Origin: a virus
Length of the DNA stretch: 64,000 bases
Virus record (IMG/VR): IMGVR_UViG_3300009414_000001
Coordinates: 1 to 64,000 of that record
Direction: 5' to 3' (one strand)
Below are positions 1 to 9,590 of this stretch, piece after piece (position 1 is the stretch's first letter; each line of letters opens with the position of its first letter). The translations under genes and the position numbers were made by a program. The notes under the pieces were generated by a model. That model was not told where the DNA came from, made no database searches, and saw nothing but the letters and a program-made list of their open reading frames with translations.

Positions 1-1080
1 GGTTAGCTTTAAATTAAAAAGCTCTTGCTCGGTAAATAAAGCTCGAATTTGCTGATGAAGTTCAGGTTGAGTAAAAACGCGAGAGTATGCACAGATAAAA
101 ACTTTATTTATATTCTCAACCAAGAAACCTGTATCTGCCTCTTGCTCTTGCTCTCCCCATGCATTAATCCATTCAATAGTTGGTAAAGCCGAAGAGATAT
201 AGCCACGATAGTCGCCACTCCATACTAGTTCGCCGTTAAACGTTGAGTAATATAGCGCGCCTTTTCTCACACTCTCTATAGACTCCTGCGGCAAACCGCC
301 GACAATAGGTGAAGAGGTGGTTGCTGTTACCTTATTAAAACTAGGATCACTAAAAGAAAGCGTCTGCCCTGTGATCAATGTTGTTTCACCTTCGGTTAGC
401 CACGCATCTAAATGCACAGTTGCACCGTCTGGCACTTGCTTTGCGATCACGCCATTACCAAACCTAACACCTAGCTGCTCACTCGGCGTGTAAAACTCTA
501 CGTAAAACTTACTTGTAGGCGTACCGCTGCGAAACAAGAATGAACGCGTCCATTTTGCTGTACCGCCGTCATCGATCAATACATCAAGTTTATGCGTCTT
601 TGCTGAATCCTCTTTAGATAGCTGAACCTCAAGGTATTTAGTATCACCAGCAACAGCCTGAGAAATTCGTTTTTTGACTAGTTGCTTTATTTGCACGGTA
701 GCTGACTGCCCTGCCAAAATATTAACCGCTTCACTCGTCACATAACCCACACCTTCCGCTGATGTCAATACCGCGCCCTCATGGACAAATATCGCCAACT
801 CATCACTGTTAACAAGGGTGATTGCGCCGATAGAAGGGGTTATTTTAGCCCGTACATAGCCTTTATTCTCTGCCGCTGCAAGAATGCTTGAGGCTCTGAT
901 TGCAAGCGATAAATGCACCTCGGCAAGCTCTCTACTCACTAACGATAAACAGCGATAAACCACCTGTGAAATAAAGTTAATTATGCCGTTAGAAAATTGC
1001 GAACCGACCATCTTAGCCCACCATGGCTGTGGGTTTAAGTTATCTTCAAAAATTTGTTTTACTTCGTCTTTATTGAGCAT
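1..1080 (-). CDS. bplA: Baseplate wedge protein (P1 BplA / baseplate J-like), runs off the window edge
   Basis: ATG at 1080; hand translation MLNKDEVKQIFEDNLNPQPWWAKMVGSQF...IYRCLS...SILAAAENKGY resembles the P1 BplA N-terminus; synteny after pmgA. Confidence 0.8.
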   Translation of the reverse strand, partial: MLNKDEVKQIFEDNLNPQPWWAKMVGSQFSNGIINFISQVVYRCLSLVSRELAEVHLSLAIRASSILAAAENKGYVRAKITPSIGAITLVNSDELAIFVHEGAVLTSAEGVGYVTSEAVNILAGQSATVQIKQLVKKRISQAVAGDTKYLEVQLSKEDSAKTHKLDVLIDDGGTAKWTRSFLFRSGTPTSKFYVEFYTPSEQLGVRFGNGVIAKQVPDGATVHLDAWLTEGETTLITGQTLSFSDPSFNKVTATTSSPIVGGLPQESIESVRKGALYYSTFNGELVWSGDYRGYISSALPTIEWINAWGEQEQEADTGFLVENINKVFICAYSRVFTQPELHQQIRALFTEQELFNLKLT

Positions 1081-1089
1081 TTTATTACC

Positions 1090-1431
1090 TTACAGTTCCG
1101 CTAATTTTTGTGTGATAGCGCCTTGAGGCGTACCTATTGTTACAACGATGTCATCAATACCTTGAGCAACCACTTTTATGCCAGTGATCACCACGCTAGG
1201 AATATCTATCGGTAGCTTAATGACAATATGCGCCTCTATTTGCATTTCTAATATTACGTTTGCTGGGTAATGCCTAAACAAGTGGAATTGATTACCCCAT
1301 GAAGGCATGCCGTATATATCATTCATAGGCGTTAAAACCCACTCACGAATATTATTGATAGCCGCCTGTTCATCGTCATAAGTAATGACACCCAGCGAAT
1401 TAACCTCTAGTAAAAAATCGATTTCTTTCAT
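1090..1431 (-). CDS. pmgA: Baseplate protein, gp25/gpW-like (P1 PmgA)
   Basis: EW.L.TP...IYG.PSWGN...F.H.P motif as in P1 PmgA; synteny. Confidence 0.8.
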   Translation of the reverse strand: MKEIDFLLEVNSLGVITYDDEQAAINNIREWVLTPMNDIYGMPSWGNQFHLFRHYPANVILEMQIEAHIVIKLPIDIPSVVITGIKVVAQGIDDIVVTIGTPQGAITQKLAEL

Positions 1432-3486
1432 TTAGCGAAGATCCATGGTTAAAGACTTTAAATAAGTGTCATCAAATGACTTAGGGATAGTGTAAGGAAT
1501 GGCGCTCGTTCTATTGTCTTTTTTGGACGCCTGTTGGCTCGCCTTGGCTAGATGATTATTTACCTTCTTCATCTCATCAATAAGCGCAGGATCATGCTTA
1601 CTTACCACTGTAGACTCTTTAGCGTTATTGTTGGTTGTCGACTTACTTTTACTTGTTGTATTTATCGATTCGACGTACTCAGGATTGAAATCGTTAACTG
1701 CTGGCGCTAAAGCACCTGACAAAGCTTTTAACTTATTATCCTCGCTTGATTGCAGGGGTAATCCGTTAACACCCTGAGCCTTACCATTTACGGGCGAGAA
1801 ATCCACGGATGTAGAGGCAACGGTTGAGGTAGCTTTAGATTTGCTTTTTTCGGTAGCCCCACCAAAAGGATTATTCAGCTCAATTTCTGCATTCGTTTTT
1901 TTCTTTACTGACTCTACCGATTGAACGGGACTCTCCATCATTGAAGCAACAGCCTCACCAGCCATGGAGCCACCCTCAGAGCCAGCCCAAGCGCCAAGCG
2001 CGCCACCAATCAAGCCACCAATCAACGTACCAACAAACGGCACCAGCGAGCCGACAGCTGCACCAGCCGCCGCACCAGCCAATGCACCACCACCAGCACC
2101 TACCGCAGTAGAGGCGGTAACAGTGTTTTTTTGATTGTCACTAAGATCTTCGCGTTCTTTTAACTCTTGGTGTTTTGTAAAACCAGCTGTCGCCACGACC
2201 AAAGGAACCGCTAATTTTGATAATGCCTTACCAGCAAAATTTAATGCTTTAGAGCCAGCGCCAGCAGATTGAGCAGCACCAGAAGCAGCGCCACGACCAA
2301 ATAACCCTTTTACCTTGTCTACGCCAGTACCTAAGAAACCACTCACCTTAGCGAGCTTAGGAGATTTTGATTTTAATTTATCAAAAGCTCTACCAATACG
2401 ACCACGCTTACCTTTTTTGCGCCCCTTACCCTTACTAGAGCCTGAAAAATCAGTCAAGTCATCAAGTATTGAACTACTAGCGCCGCCGCCAAAGTCTTTG
2501 TCTGCAATCTCTTTTAATAGTGAGGTCTGCTCATCTAATTCGCCTTTTATATCGTCTTTTTCTTCAACTTTCCCTTTGATAACATCGTCTGACTTTACCT
2601 TGTCGACAACGGCTTTTTCAGTGGGAGTGCTTGCTTTATCGTCAGTATCAGAAGATCCTTTTTTAAATGTCTCACCAGCCCTTTGAGCATAGCCTTTAGC
2701 ATCCGAAGCAATGTCCATCGCCTCAACACCCATATCGTAAAATGAGCCTAGCGCTATACGTCCTAATGCGCCTTTTCCGTCTTCTGCAACATTGTTGCCA
2801 GCCGCCACCTCAACGAGTCTACCTAGCAGACCTTTTTTGTCATCATCTTCGCTTTTGTTACTTTCTTTTTGCTGGGCAATCGCTTCTTTTGATGCATAAC
2901 TACCGTCTTGATTACGCCAGCGATCACGCTCATCTTTGTATAAGCCATCTAATGACTTAGCGGTACTGGTGAGTGCTTTAGTGTTTTTTATCGCCTCGGT
3001 TGTAACAATACGCTCAGAAGTAGAGGTGTTATTATTGACAACCTTTTCTTTGCTTGAGTTTATTTTGCTTTTGGGCGTGTCAATTCCTGAAACAACGATC
3101 TGCTTGTTGTCGGCCTTACTTCTTGTTTTTCTAGGTGATGATAAAACTGTTTCAGCCGATACAGCTTTCTTTACTGCTTCTTTGGCTTGCTGGTTGTTTT
3201 CAACAGCAACAATGCTGTTTTTATTTTTTTTACTGTTATCGACTGACTCAAAAGCAGCAGTGGTTCTTTTAAGCTCAACCGCTGGCGATAGTCCGACAAT
3301 GGCCTTCTCAATATCACCCAGCTTGTCGAGCTGCTCTTTTGCTGACATTTCAATCTGGCTAGCTATTCGCTCTACTTCACTTGTTGCCTCAACACTTGAT
3401 ATAGGCGCGCTGCCGACACTAATAATTTCAGCTTGAGCATTGCTTATATTGGTTTCTGCTTCTGTATTACTATCGTTTATCTTCAT
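1432..3486 (-). CDS. sit: Tail tape-measure protein (position of P1 Sit)
   Basis: 684 aa, low complexity, Gly/Ala-rich hydrophobic segment (GALAGAAAGAAVGSLVPFVGTLIGGLIGG); lies between pmgB and pmgA. Confidence 0.7.
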   Translation of the reverse strand: MKINDSNTEAETNISNAQAEIISVGSAPISSVEATSEVERIASQIEMSAKEQLDKLGDIEKAIVGLSPAVELKRTTAAFESVDNSKKNKNSIVAVENNQQAKEAVKKAVSAETVLSSPRKTRSKADNKQIVVSGIDTPKSKINSSKEKVVNNNTSTSERIVTTEAIKNTKALTSTAKSLDGLYKDERDRWRNQDGSYASKEAIAQQKESNKSEDDDKKGLLGRLVEVAAGNNVAEDGKGALGRIALGSFYDMGVEAMDIASDAKGYAQRAGETFKKGSSDTDDKASTPTEKAVVDKVKSDDVIKGKVEEKDDIKGELDEQTSLLKEIADKDFGGGASSSILDDLTDFSGSSKGKGRKKGKRGRIGRAFDKLKSKSPKLAKVSGFLGTGVDKVKGLFGRGAASGAAQSAGAGSKALNFAGKALSKLAVPLVVATAGFTKHQELKEREDLSDNQKNTVTASTAVGAGGGALAGAAAGAAVGSLVPFVGTLIGGLIGGALGAWAGSEGGSMAGEAVASMMESPVQSVESVKKKTNAEIELNNPFGGATEKSKSKATSTVASTSVDFSPVNGKAQGVNGLPLQSSEDNKLKALSGALAPAVNDFNPEYVESINTTSKSKSTTNNNAKESTVVSKHDPALIDEMKKVNNHLAKASQQASKKDNRTSAIPYTIPKSFDDTYLKSLTMDLR

Positions 3487-3689
3487 TTCTTTTTAGACCT
3501 ATCAACAACCACAGTATTCAAATCAACAATTAACGGAAATTGACTCGCTAGCACTGAGTCAATAGGCTGATTCGGGATAGTTTTAATACATAAATTTTCT
3601 ATTATTGTTTGCCAACCAGCACCGCTAAATCTTTGCAATGTAGTCGTGACACCGAAAGGGCATATGCACTCTAGTCTTATTAGCTGCAC
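3483..3689 (-). CDS. Overlapping +1-frame ORF, candidate frameshift extension of PmgB (G/GT-type tail chaperone)
   Basis: Fills the gap between the pmgB stop and the tape-measure ATG; CCC TTT CGG at 3652-3660. Confidence 0.5.
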   Translation of the reverse strand: MQLIRLECICPFGVTTTLQRFSGAGWQTIIENLCIKTIPNQPIDSVLASQFPLIVDLNTVVVDRSKKK

Positions 3690-4422
3690 TTACCTCCTTA
3701 TCGTCATTTGTACAATCAAATGCAGGCGTGATAGCCGACATCTCACCCACACTGTTGACATTCATAGGAAGTCCAAAGGTGTTTCTTTTGTTATACTTTT
3801 GTGTTTCTTTTGAAATCCGTTCGAACTCCATTACTGTCATAGTTTCCTTTAATGACTCTAATCGCTCAATCAATTCAGGCACAGGCTTATTAACCATATC
3901 AATAGGAAGAAACTGCAATAAAACACGCATCACTTTGATCTCGGTCTTTTGTTTTTGCGTAGCTTCCTCATCAATGCAAAGTCGCATCTCTTCTAAGTGC
4001 TGCTCAGCCCATCCGAATAATGGTGTAATGCGATACTCTAGCTTTTCCCCCAGTGTAGATACTTCTGACTTTTCAATACTTCCAGTCGTTACTTGGTCGC
4101 CTAATAACTGCAAGTCAAAATCAACATGGTGCTTATCACCACAGCCGCACTTGTAAGTGATCAACGTTGAAGTATCTTCGGTTACATACAAGTAAATCCA
4201 AAAGATTGCCGCCTTTCTATCTTGAGCCGTCCAATACAATGATGACGTTTCTGGCTTAGCAGCGTCATAAGTCGTATTTAAGCGGTCTAAATAGCGTGTC
4301 GCTATCTCTTGCTCCATATCTGGCGATAAGTCTGCGAAATCGACGCACACTTGCACTGTAGGGACATCAAAGGTAATGCTTTTGCTTTTATCTGTTGGTA
4401 ATGTAAAGGCTGGGATAATCAT
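3625..4422 (-). CDS. pmgB: Baseplate hub / tail assembly chaperone-like protein (P1 PmgB)
   Basis: WTAQDR..A.FWI, YKCGCG..H, PLFGWA and the C-terminal PFR motif match P1 PmgB. Confidence 0.85.
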   Translation of the reverse strand: MIIPAFTLPTDKSKSITFDVPTVQVCVDFADLSPDMEQEIATRYLDRLNTTYDAAKPETSSLYWTAQDRKAAIFWIYLYVTEDTSTLITYKCGCGDKHHVDFDLQLLGDQVTTGSIEKSEVSTLGEKLEYRITPLFGWAEQHLEEMRLCIDEEATQKQKTEIKVMRVLLQFLPIDMVNKPVPELIERLESLKETMTVMEFERISKETQKYNKRNTFGLPMNVNSVGEMSAITPAFDCTNDDKEVSAANKTRVHMPFRCHDYIAKI

Positions 4423-4424
4423 TT

Positions 4425-4934
4425 TTAGCCACCTCCTAATGAGTCTGATTGAGTAAAAGATATTGGATAAGATACATAAGCGCCTAACTCGTCCACGCTC
4501 TCCGTTCTGTCACCTCGCAGAGTAGGGAAAACCACCCAGCTCTCGCGTAACTCAGTGCTACCATCTTTAAGTAACGTGTGGATCTCTATGGCAAACTCAT
4601 ACGTGTGAGATAAGTTTTTAGTACCGTTAGAGTTGAATATCTTGCCAGCTTGCTCATCGAACCATGTAGCAAAGTCACCTCTTTCGTTATCTCGGATCGT
4701 AACGCCCAAAATAACAGGGGCAGCACTTTCTGGTGACGTCATCACGTTACCGCCGACACGCTTCTCTGTTGTCGTTATTTCAACAGCGCCATAGCTAATG
4801 TCTTTAGCGAACAAATCAAAATCTATAGCGCTACTGGGCACAACAACCTTAAATTGCCAGCCTTCCATGTATTTCTGCTCTCGGTGCTTTCTATAAGCAG
4901 CTCGGCGAAACCTGTAAAGGGGATCTTGACTCAT
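4425..4934 (-). CDS. tub: Tail tube-fold protein (P1 Tub)
   Basis: GWQF.V, FAKDISY, GGN...PE, VFPT.RGD match P1 Tub. Confidence 0.85.
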   Translation of the reverse strand: MSQDPLYRFRRAAYRKHREQKYMEGWQFKVVVPSSAIDFDLFAKDISYGAVEITTTEKRVGGNVMTSPESAAPVILGVTIRDNERGDFATWFDEQAGKIFNSNGTKNLSHTYEFAIEIHTLLKDGSTELRESWVVFPTLRGDRTESVDELGAYVSYPISFTQSDSLGGG

Positions 4935-5503
4935 TAACTAAAGCTCGATAGTGGTAGTGGTGGCGCGGAATCAACCATATTTTTTTCTAGTTCAAGTTTT
5001 CTTGCTAAAAGCGTGGCATTATCTTCAATAGTTGGATCAGCTATTTCATCACGCGCCGCTAAGGCTGATTTAACTTCGTTGTTAGGAATACGTATCAAGA
5101 CATCTAAATAATCTTGCAGCATAGGGATGCTTTCTGGTGGCAGTTCATCTTCACTATGATCCATGCCAGCCAAGTCAACAAAATACAACAAGGTAGCTGG
5201 CGCTTTAAATTGAGCATCAACCTCTACCTCAAGGTATTTCTCTTCATTGACTTGAGTGAGTTGGCTATAATAGCCATTACCCACACCATCGGTTAAGCAA
5301 ATTCTCTGTAGATAATCATCTGGCAAAGAACTTGATAAACCCGACTCCAAATCAACATCAATCTTTACTGATTTACGTTTACCGAACTTAGTTTGATAAG
5401 TCGTTAATGCCCGTAAAAGAATGGCTTCCAATTGGTCTGAATCGTCTATTAATAAAATAGGGAAACCCAGCACAACAAGCGATAATAATTGATTTGGAGT
5501 CAT
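4934..5503 (-). CDS. pmgC: Head-tail adaptor (P1 PmgC)
   Basis: MTPNQLL...L..AL.TYQ and DYL.VLI.IPN motifs; synteny. Confidence 0.8.
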   Translation of the reverse strand: MTPNQLLSLVVLGFPILLIDDSDQLEAILLRALTTYQTKFGKRKSVKIDVDLESGLSSSLPDDYLQRICLTDGVGNGYYSQLTQVNEEKYLEVEVDAQFKAPATLLYFVDLAGMDHSEDELPPESIPMLQDYLDVLIRIPNNEVKSALAARDEIADPTIEDNATLLARKLELEKNMVDSAPPLPLSSFS

Positions 5504-5506
5504 TGG

Positions 5507-5992
5507 TTATTCTGCCCAGCCGTAAGTTATTGTAATAGACGGCTTAACAAGTGCTGCTGTGTCATCAGTAGAGCCATCAAAGGCATCTGACGTCAATAAG
5601 CAGTCTTCTAAGTTACGAACTAAAGCTTCTGGTGACTCACCTTCTGTCGACTCTGGCGCGGCCTCCATGGTGCAGTTGACCTTCTCAGCTCTTTCGATAA
5701 TACCACGAAGGGCGCTGAGTAAGTCGCCTCTTACGTTTTCAACAGCAGTAACAACAATCTCACCACTGTTTTGAAGCATACCGTATTCTGGAATACCCAC
5801 ACCACCATGACCTTTTTCGTCAATAACTTCACGTTGCGTTTTAGGCCATTGAGCAGTGCGGAACATTGCCGTTAAACCTTCATAACCAGCGATAGTGAAC
5901 TTAAATTCATTACTTTTTAGTTTTGTGCCGATTGCCTTTTCTGAGTTATACAGCCTTTTAACAAAGCCTTTATTACCTTCGGTAGCAGCCAT
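5507..5992 (-). CDS. bplB: Major tail tube protein (P1 BplB/TubB)
   Basis: GNK.F.K..Y, S.EF..T.AG.E, NSGEI.V..VE, STDDTAA.V.PS.TI.Y.W match P1 BplB. Confidence 0.85.
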   Translation of the reverse strand: MAATEGNKGFVKRLYNSEKAIGTKLKSNEFKFTIAGYEGLTAMFRTAQWPKTQREVIDEKGHGGVGIPEYGMLQNSGEIVVTAVENVRGDLLSALRGIIERAEKVNCTMEAAPESTEGESPEALVRNLEDCLLTSDAFDGSTDDTAALVKPSITITYGWAE

Positions 5993-6003
5993 TTTCTTTA
6001 CCT

Positions 6004-6606
6004 TTAATTAAATGTTGATTGTATGCGCGAGCGATTGATCACGTTTTTCGCGGTTAACGTTAATGTGACCGTGTTTGATAAAAAGTAGCCTTCATCGGTT
6101 TTGGATGCGTCAAGCTCAGAGCTAACACTCTCAATAACAATATCGGTGTATAGGTTTGTTCTACCGATGTTTAACGTTATCGATTGTGGTGTTCTACCAC
6201 CGACAAAATTTTCATTCAGCTCAGGGCTAGCCATGCGCTCCAATGCCATTATCGCGTTGTTGACTTCATTCTTAGGATCACTAGATGCCTTAAAAACCAT
6301 CACTACGTTAAATGTCATCGGGGCATTACCTGACCAGACTTGCTTACTGTTAAAGCTTGAAACGCTCGTTAATCCAGCGTTATTCTCACCTTGCGTAAGT
6401 GTCTGAACACCGCCAGCAACTCGACTTGCATTCTGACCAGCACTATCGCCCTCAAAAGGACTGTCCCAGTTAGATTGCAAGTCTTTGCTTGAGCCTTCAC
6501 CCAAATAGCCAATAACGGTAGTGACGTCACCTTCAATCTGTTGCTGCACAGAAACCTTTAACGCTTCTGAGATGCTGTTATCGTTGATAACGCCATACCG
6601 TGCCAT
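6004..6606 (-). CDS. pmgG: Baseplate/tube initiator protein (P1 PmgG)
   Basis: NW.SPF.G, NS.QVW.G..P.TF, SPEL...GGR.P...TLNIGR, GYFL.NTV match P1 PmgG. Confidence 0.85.
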   Translation of the reverse strand: MARYGVINDNSISEALKVSVQQQIEGDVTTVIGYLGEGSSKDLQSNWDSPFEGDSAGQNASRVAGGVQTLTQGENNAGLTSVSSFNSKQVWSGNAPMTFNVVMVFKASSDPKNEVNNAIMALERMASPELNENFVGGRTPQSITLNIGRTNLYTDIVIESVSSELDASKTDEGYFLSNTVTLTLTAKNVINRSRIQSTFN

Positions 6607-6609
6607 TTT

Positions 6610-7311
6610 CTATAAGCCTCTTGATTTACGAAGTCGCATAGACTTTTTACGGTTCAACTTCGCGCCAGCTTTATGAGCGCTTCGACGGGCTTTTTTAAGG
6701 CCAGCACGTTGAGCACTAGACATACGGCGCTTTTTAGGGCGTTTTTTAACTAGTTTGACCGTACCGTTACGAATAACCTTTTGCACAGCTGCAAGCATTA
6801 GCTCGCCGCCAGACATAAAGTTGATCATAAGCTCTTCGCTCGCGTCTTCATCGCTTGCTTTTGGTAGCTTTTCAGAGAGTGAGAAAGCGATTAACTCGCC
6901 TTTATCGTCACTTTCATCATCAATGAATGCAGACACATCTGCTTCACCAGCACCAAAACTAACAAGTGCATCAGCCATAAGGCCGATCACATCATTAAAG
7001 TGAGCTTCTTCACCGTCTTGGATTTCGCCATCATCATCGAGATCAGCAAGGCCGATCGCCAACTCTTCAAACTCACCAAAAGAGTTATCGCCATTATGAA
7101 TCCATTCAAGAACAACTGACGCAGCTTGTAAGCGGTATTGCTTAACGGCGTAATCTTCTGACGAAGACATCTCATCTTCTGTAGCAGAAGCAAGCATTAA
7201 GGCTTCTTCTGCTGCTGCTTTTACTTCCGCTTCATCTTTACTAATCTGCTCAGCAGTCTTAGGTAGGATGATTGGATTTGCACCAAATGAACTTTGTGTA
7301 AATAATGTCAT
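6610..7311 (-). CDS. P1 gp21-like protein (acidic body, very basic C-terminus; probable head core protein)
   Basis: KVIRNG.VKL.KKR..K.R...AQ...LKKARR.AH...AKL.RKKSM.LRK.RGL matches the P1 gp21 C-terminus; carries MLAS motifs. Confidence 0.8.
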   Translation of the reverse strand: MTLFTQSSFGANPIILPKTAEQISKDEAEVKAAAEEALMLASATEDEMSSSEDYAVKQYRLQAASVVLEWIHNGDNSFGEFEELAIGLADLDDDGEIQDGEEAHFNDVIGLMADALVSFGAGEADVSAFIDDESDDKGELIAFSLSEKLPKASDEDASEELMINFMSGGELMLAAVQKVIRNGTVKLVKKRPKKRRMSSAQRAGLKKARRSAHKAGAKLNRKKSMRLRKSRGL

Positions 7312-7323
7312 TTAGATATCCCC

Positions 7324-8868
7324 TTATTTAATAAGTACAGGCTCGCCTTTCGTGCGGCGGTTAGTACCCGTTACACATAAGCCCCAACGACAAGTCCAAA
7401 GATCGAACTCAGTTTGTTTTACTTCAAACCAGAAAGGTTCAACACCGTCATCATCAGGATTGCGTGGTTTAACAAGCGCGCCCGAAGTAACAAACGACTC
7501 ACCGATTGTGTTAAGTAATCGAGATAAGCCTTTTTTGGTGATGCCATCTGGCTTGTGGCGTAATGCATTAGCACCAGCATGAAACTGCTTGCTAAACTCA
7601 TCACAGACAGAGCCTACGTGCTGGAATCGCAAGTAATCACGCTTACCCCACAGAGTTAAGGCGTCATCAATAAATAAGCGTCCGTTATCAACGTTAATTT
7701 TATTAATGCGAACATCAACCATTGCGCTGTAATCGGGGATACCTACACCTTTTACTTGAATTAAATCAGCACGTTGAATCGTCGCCAAATCAACGCCAGC
7801 AGGAGAGTAATGCACACCCACCGTAGCACCTGTTGTAATGTCACGACCTTTTGCTTTTGCGGCAAAGGCAGAGCCAGACAAACCCCAAATAGCACGACCA
7901 CCGTAATAGGGATCTTTTGCAGTGTATGGGAAGTGGTATAGCGCCATATGGTAGTTGTTGATACCTAATGCTGGCGCTGCTAATAATGCAGCTGCATAGG
8001 TAATCGACGGCACCAAATCGGCAAAACTATCGATTAGGCGATCAGTGGAGTAATCTGCCAACTTAGCTAGGTAAGTGGCGTCATACATGCCCATCGCAAC
8101 ATAAGCAGTTAAGTACTCCATTGAATAATGCAATACATCAAGCGCTTTAATCATATCGGAAGCGTCAATTGCGCCACCAGCAACGGGCTTAGTGAATGCT
8201 TTATTTAAGTCTTGAGCTTCTGCAAAAGTAGCATCAGGACGTAAAGCAACATTGATAACTGAGCTGCGATTAACAAGTGTTTCTATGAACATGTTAACGC
8301 CACCATCATCAACAGCTTCAACATCAAGGCTTACAACCCAATCTTCAAGCTCAACAGCGCCATTAATACCATCTTCCGTTACTTTGATGGCAATAGTGGA
8401 ATCTGTATCATTTTTAACGATATCAATAGTACGGACGCGATCAGAGTCGCCATCAACCACATAAAAAGCAGCCCACGCCGTTGAGATAGCAACGACCTGA
8501 GTACCATATGAATCAGTTGATACCGTGGTAGGTTGTGCTTCACCTGTATTATGTGCCTGAATAACTGGGAACGAGGCATCAGAAGCGACAACACGCACAA
8601 CACGACCATCACTCGCTGAAACTGACTCGCCCAACTGGCGTAAACAATCAGCATCAGTACCGACACTAGGGTGCCATGGCTTACCTAACACTGACTGCCA
8701 GTTTTCTTCATTGACGCTTAAGACTTCAAAAGGTTTACCTTTTGGCGAAACTACGACTGCACCAAATCGATTGTTAGCACCTAAACCACCAGCAGTTAAT
8801 GTACCGCTAGAGTTAATGGCATTAATAACCGTTTGAGCTACTTGAGACAAGCTAGAAGGTATCTGCAT
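7324..8868 (-). CDS. Contractile tail sheath protein (P1 gp22)
   Basis: 514 aa; GKPF.V, VVRVV, HYSPAG, IDDALT, YLRFQHV, H.PDGIT motifs; synteny. Confidence 0.85.
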   Translation of the reverse strand: MQIPSSLSQVAQTVINAINSSGTLTAGGLGANNRFGAVVVSPKGKPFEVLSVNEENWQSVLGKPWHPSVGTDADCLRQLGESVSASDGRVVRVVASDASFPVIQAHNTGEAQPTTVSTDSYGTQVVAISTAWAAFYVVDGDSDRVRTIDIVKNDTDSTIAIKVTEDGINGAVELEDWVVSLDVEAVDDGGVNMFIETLVNRSSVINVALRPDATFAEAQDLNKAFTKPVAGGAIDASDMIKALDVLHYSMEYLTAYVAMGMYDATYLAKLADYSTDRLIDSFADLVPSITYAAALLAAPALGINNYHMALYHFPYTAKDPYYGGRAIWGLSGSAFAAKAKGRDITTGATVGVHYSPAGVDLATIQRADLIQVKGVGIPDYSAMVDVRINKINVDNGRLFIDDALTLWGKRDYLRFQHVGSVCDEFSKQFHAGANALRHKPDGITKKGLSRLLNTIGESFVTSGALVKPRNPDDDGVEPFWFEVKQTEFDLWTCRWGLCVTGTNRRTKGEPVLIK

Positions 8869-9518
8869 TATTCAGCATCCTTCTTTGTGTCAGTGGCTTT
8901 AGATGCTTTAGCTTTTGCTTTAGCTGGCGTTTTAGCTGGCGTTTTAGCTTTGGTCGCTGTTTTAGTGCTTTCAGCATTTTCGGCTTCGGCTTTTGCATCA
9001 GCTTCGGCTTTTGCATCAGCTTCGGCTTTTGCATCAGCTTCGGCTTTTGCATCAGCTTCGGCTTTTGCATCAGCTTCGGCTTTTGCATCGGCTTCGGCTT
9101 TTGCGTCAAGCTCTTCTTGTGTAGGCTCTTTTTTTTGAGAAGCCTCAAGAGCTGCCATAGCCTCATCAAAAGCAATTTGCTTTGATTCAGCGAATTCAAT
9201 AGCAGCAATGCCTTTTGCATTTAATGCTTCGGCCTGCTCTTTTAAGTTATCAGCAATAACTTGGGCTTCACCTAACTCAACACTTGCAACATCGACAGCC
9301 AGCTGCTCAGCAGATTTTTCTTCAAGCGGAATGATGTCACAATCAATTGCACTGTTAACGGCCTTAATATTGGCTTTCACAGCTTTAGCGGTAGTTATGT
9401 CCAGCTCAAACTTTTGTCCTTCGGGTGCTTCGTTATACGGCAAGATATTTAAGCCTAAAACACTAAGGGAAAAGCCAGAGCTGTTCATAATCGCCAGCGC
9501 TACTTTATTTTTTTTCAT
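8868..9518 (-). CDS. Hypothetical late protein with AEADAK tandem repeats and a Lys/Ala tail
   Basis: 216 aa ORF; its stop overlaps the sheath ATG. Confidence 0.65.
   Translation of the reverse strand: MKKNKVALAIMNSSGFSLSVLGLNILPYNEAPEGQKFELDITTAKAVKANIKAVNSAIDCDIIPLEEKSAEQLAVDVASVELGEAQVIADNLKEQAEALNAKGIAAIEFAESKQIAFDEAMAALEASQKKEPTQEELDAKAEADAKAEADAKAEADAKAEADAKAEADAKAEADAKAEAENAESTKTATKAKTPAKTPAKAKAKASKATDTKKDAE
8983..9108. repeat. 7 x 18-bp tandem repeat GCTTCGGCTTTTGCATCA (codes DAKAEA)
   Basis: Read directly; five identical copies and two single-base variants. Confidence 0.95.
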
Positions 9519-9535
9519 GTTTGAATTCTCCGAAA

Positions 9536-9560
9536 ATCAAGGGGCAATACACCCCTTGAT
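9536..9560 (-). terminator. Hairpin downstream of the major capsid gene
   Basis: ATCAAGGGG-CAATACA-CCCCTTGAT. Confidence 0.55.
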
Positions 9561-9590
9561 GAATGGGTTTATTAGTTATTGATTAACTAA

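Noticed and set aside
2315-8464. Plus-strand ORFs opposite the structural genes (and similar shadow ORFs inside darB, prt and the kinase)
   Set aside because: Antisense shadows of well-supported genes, with no motifs.
8833-9220. Alternative-frame repeat ORFs (AFASAS, QKPKLM)
   Set aside because: Artefacts of the stop-free 18-bp repeat.
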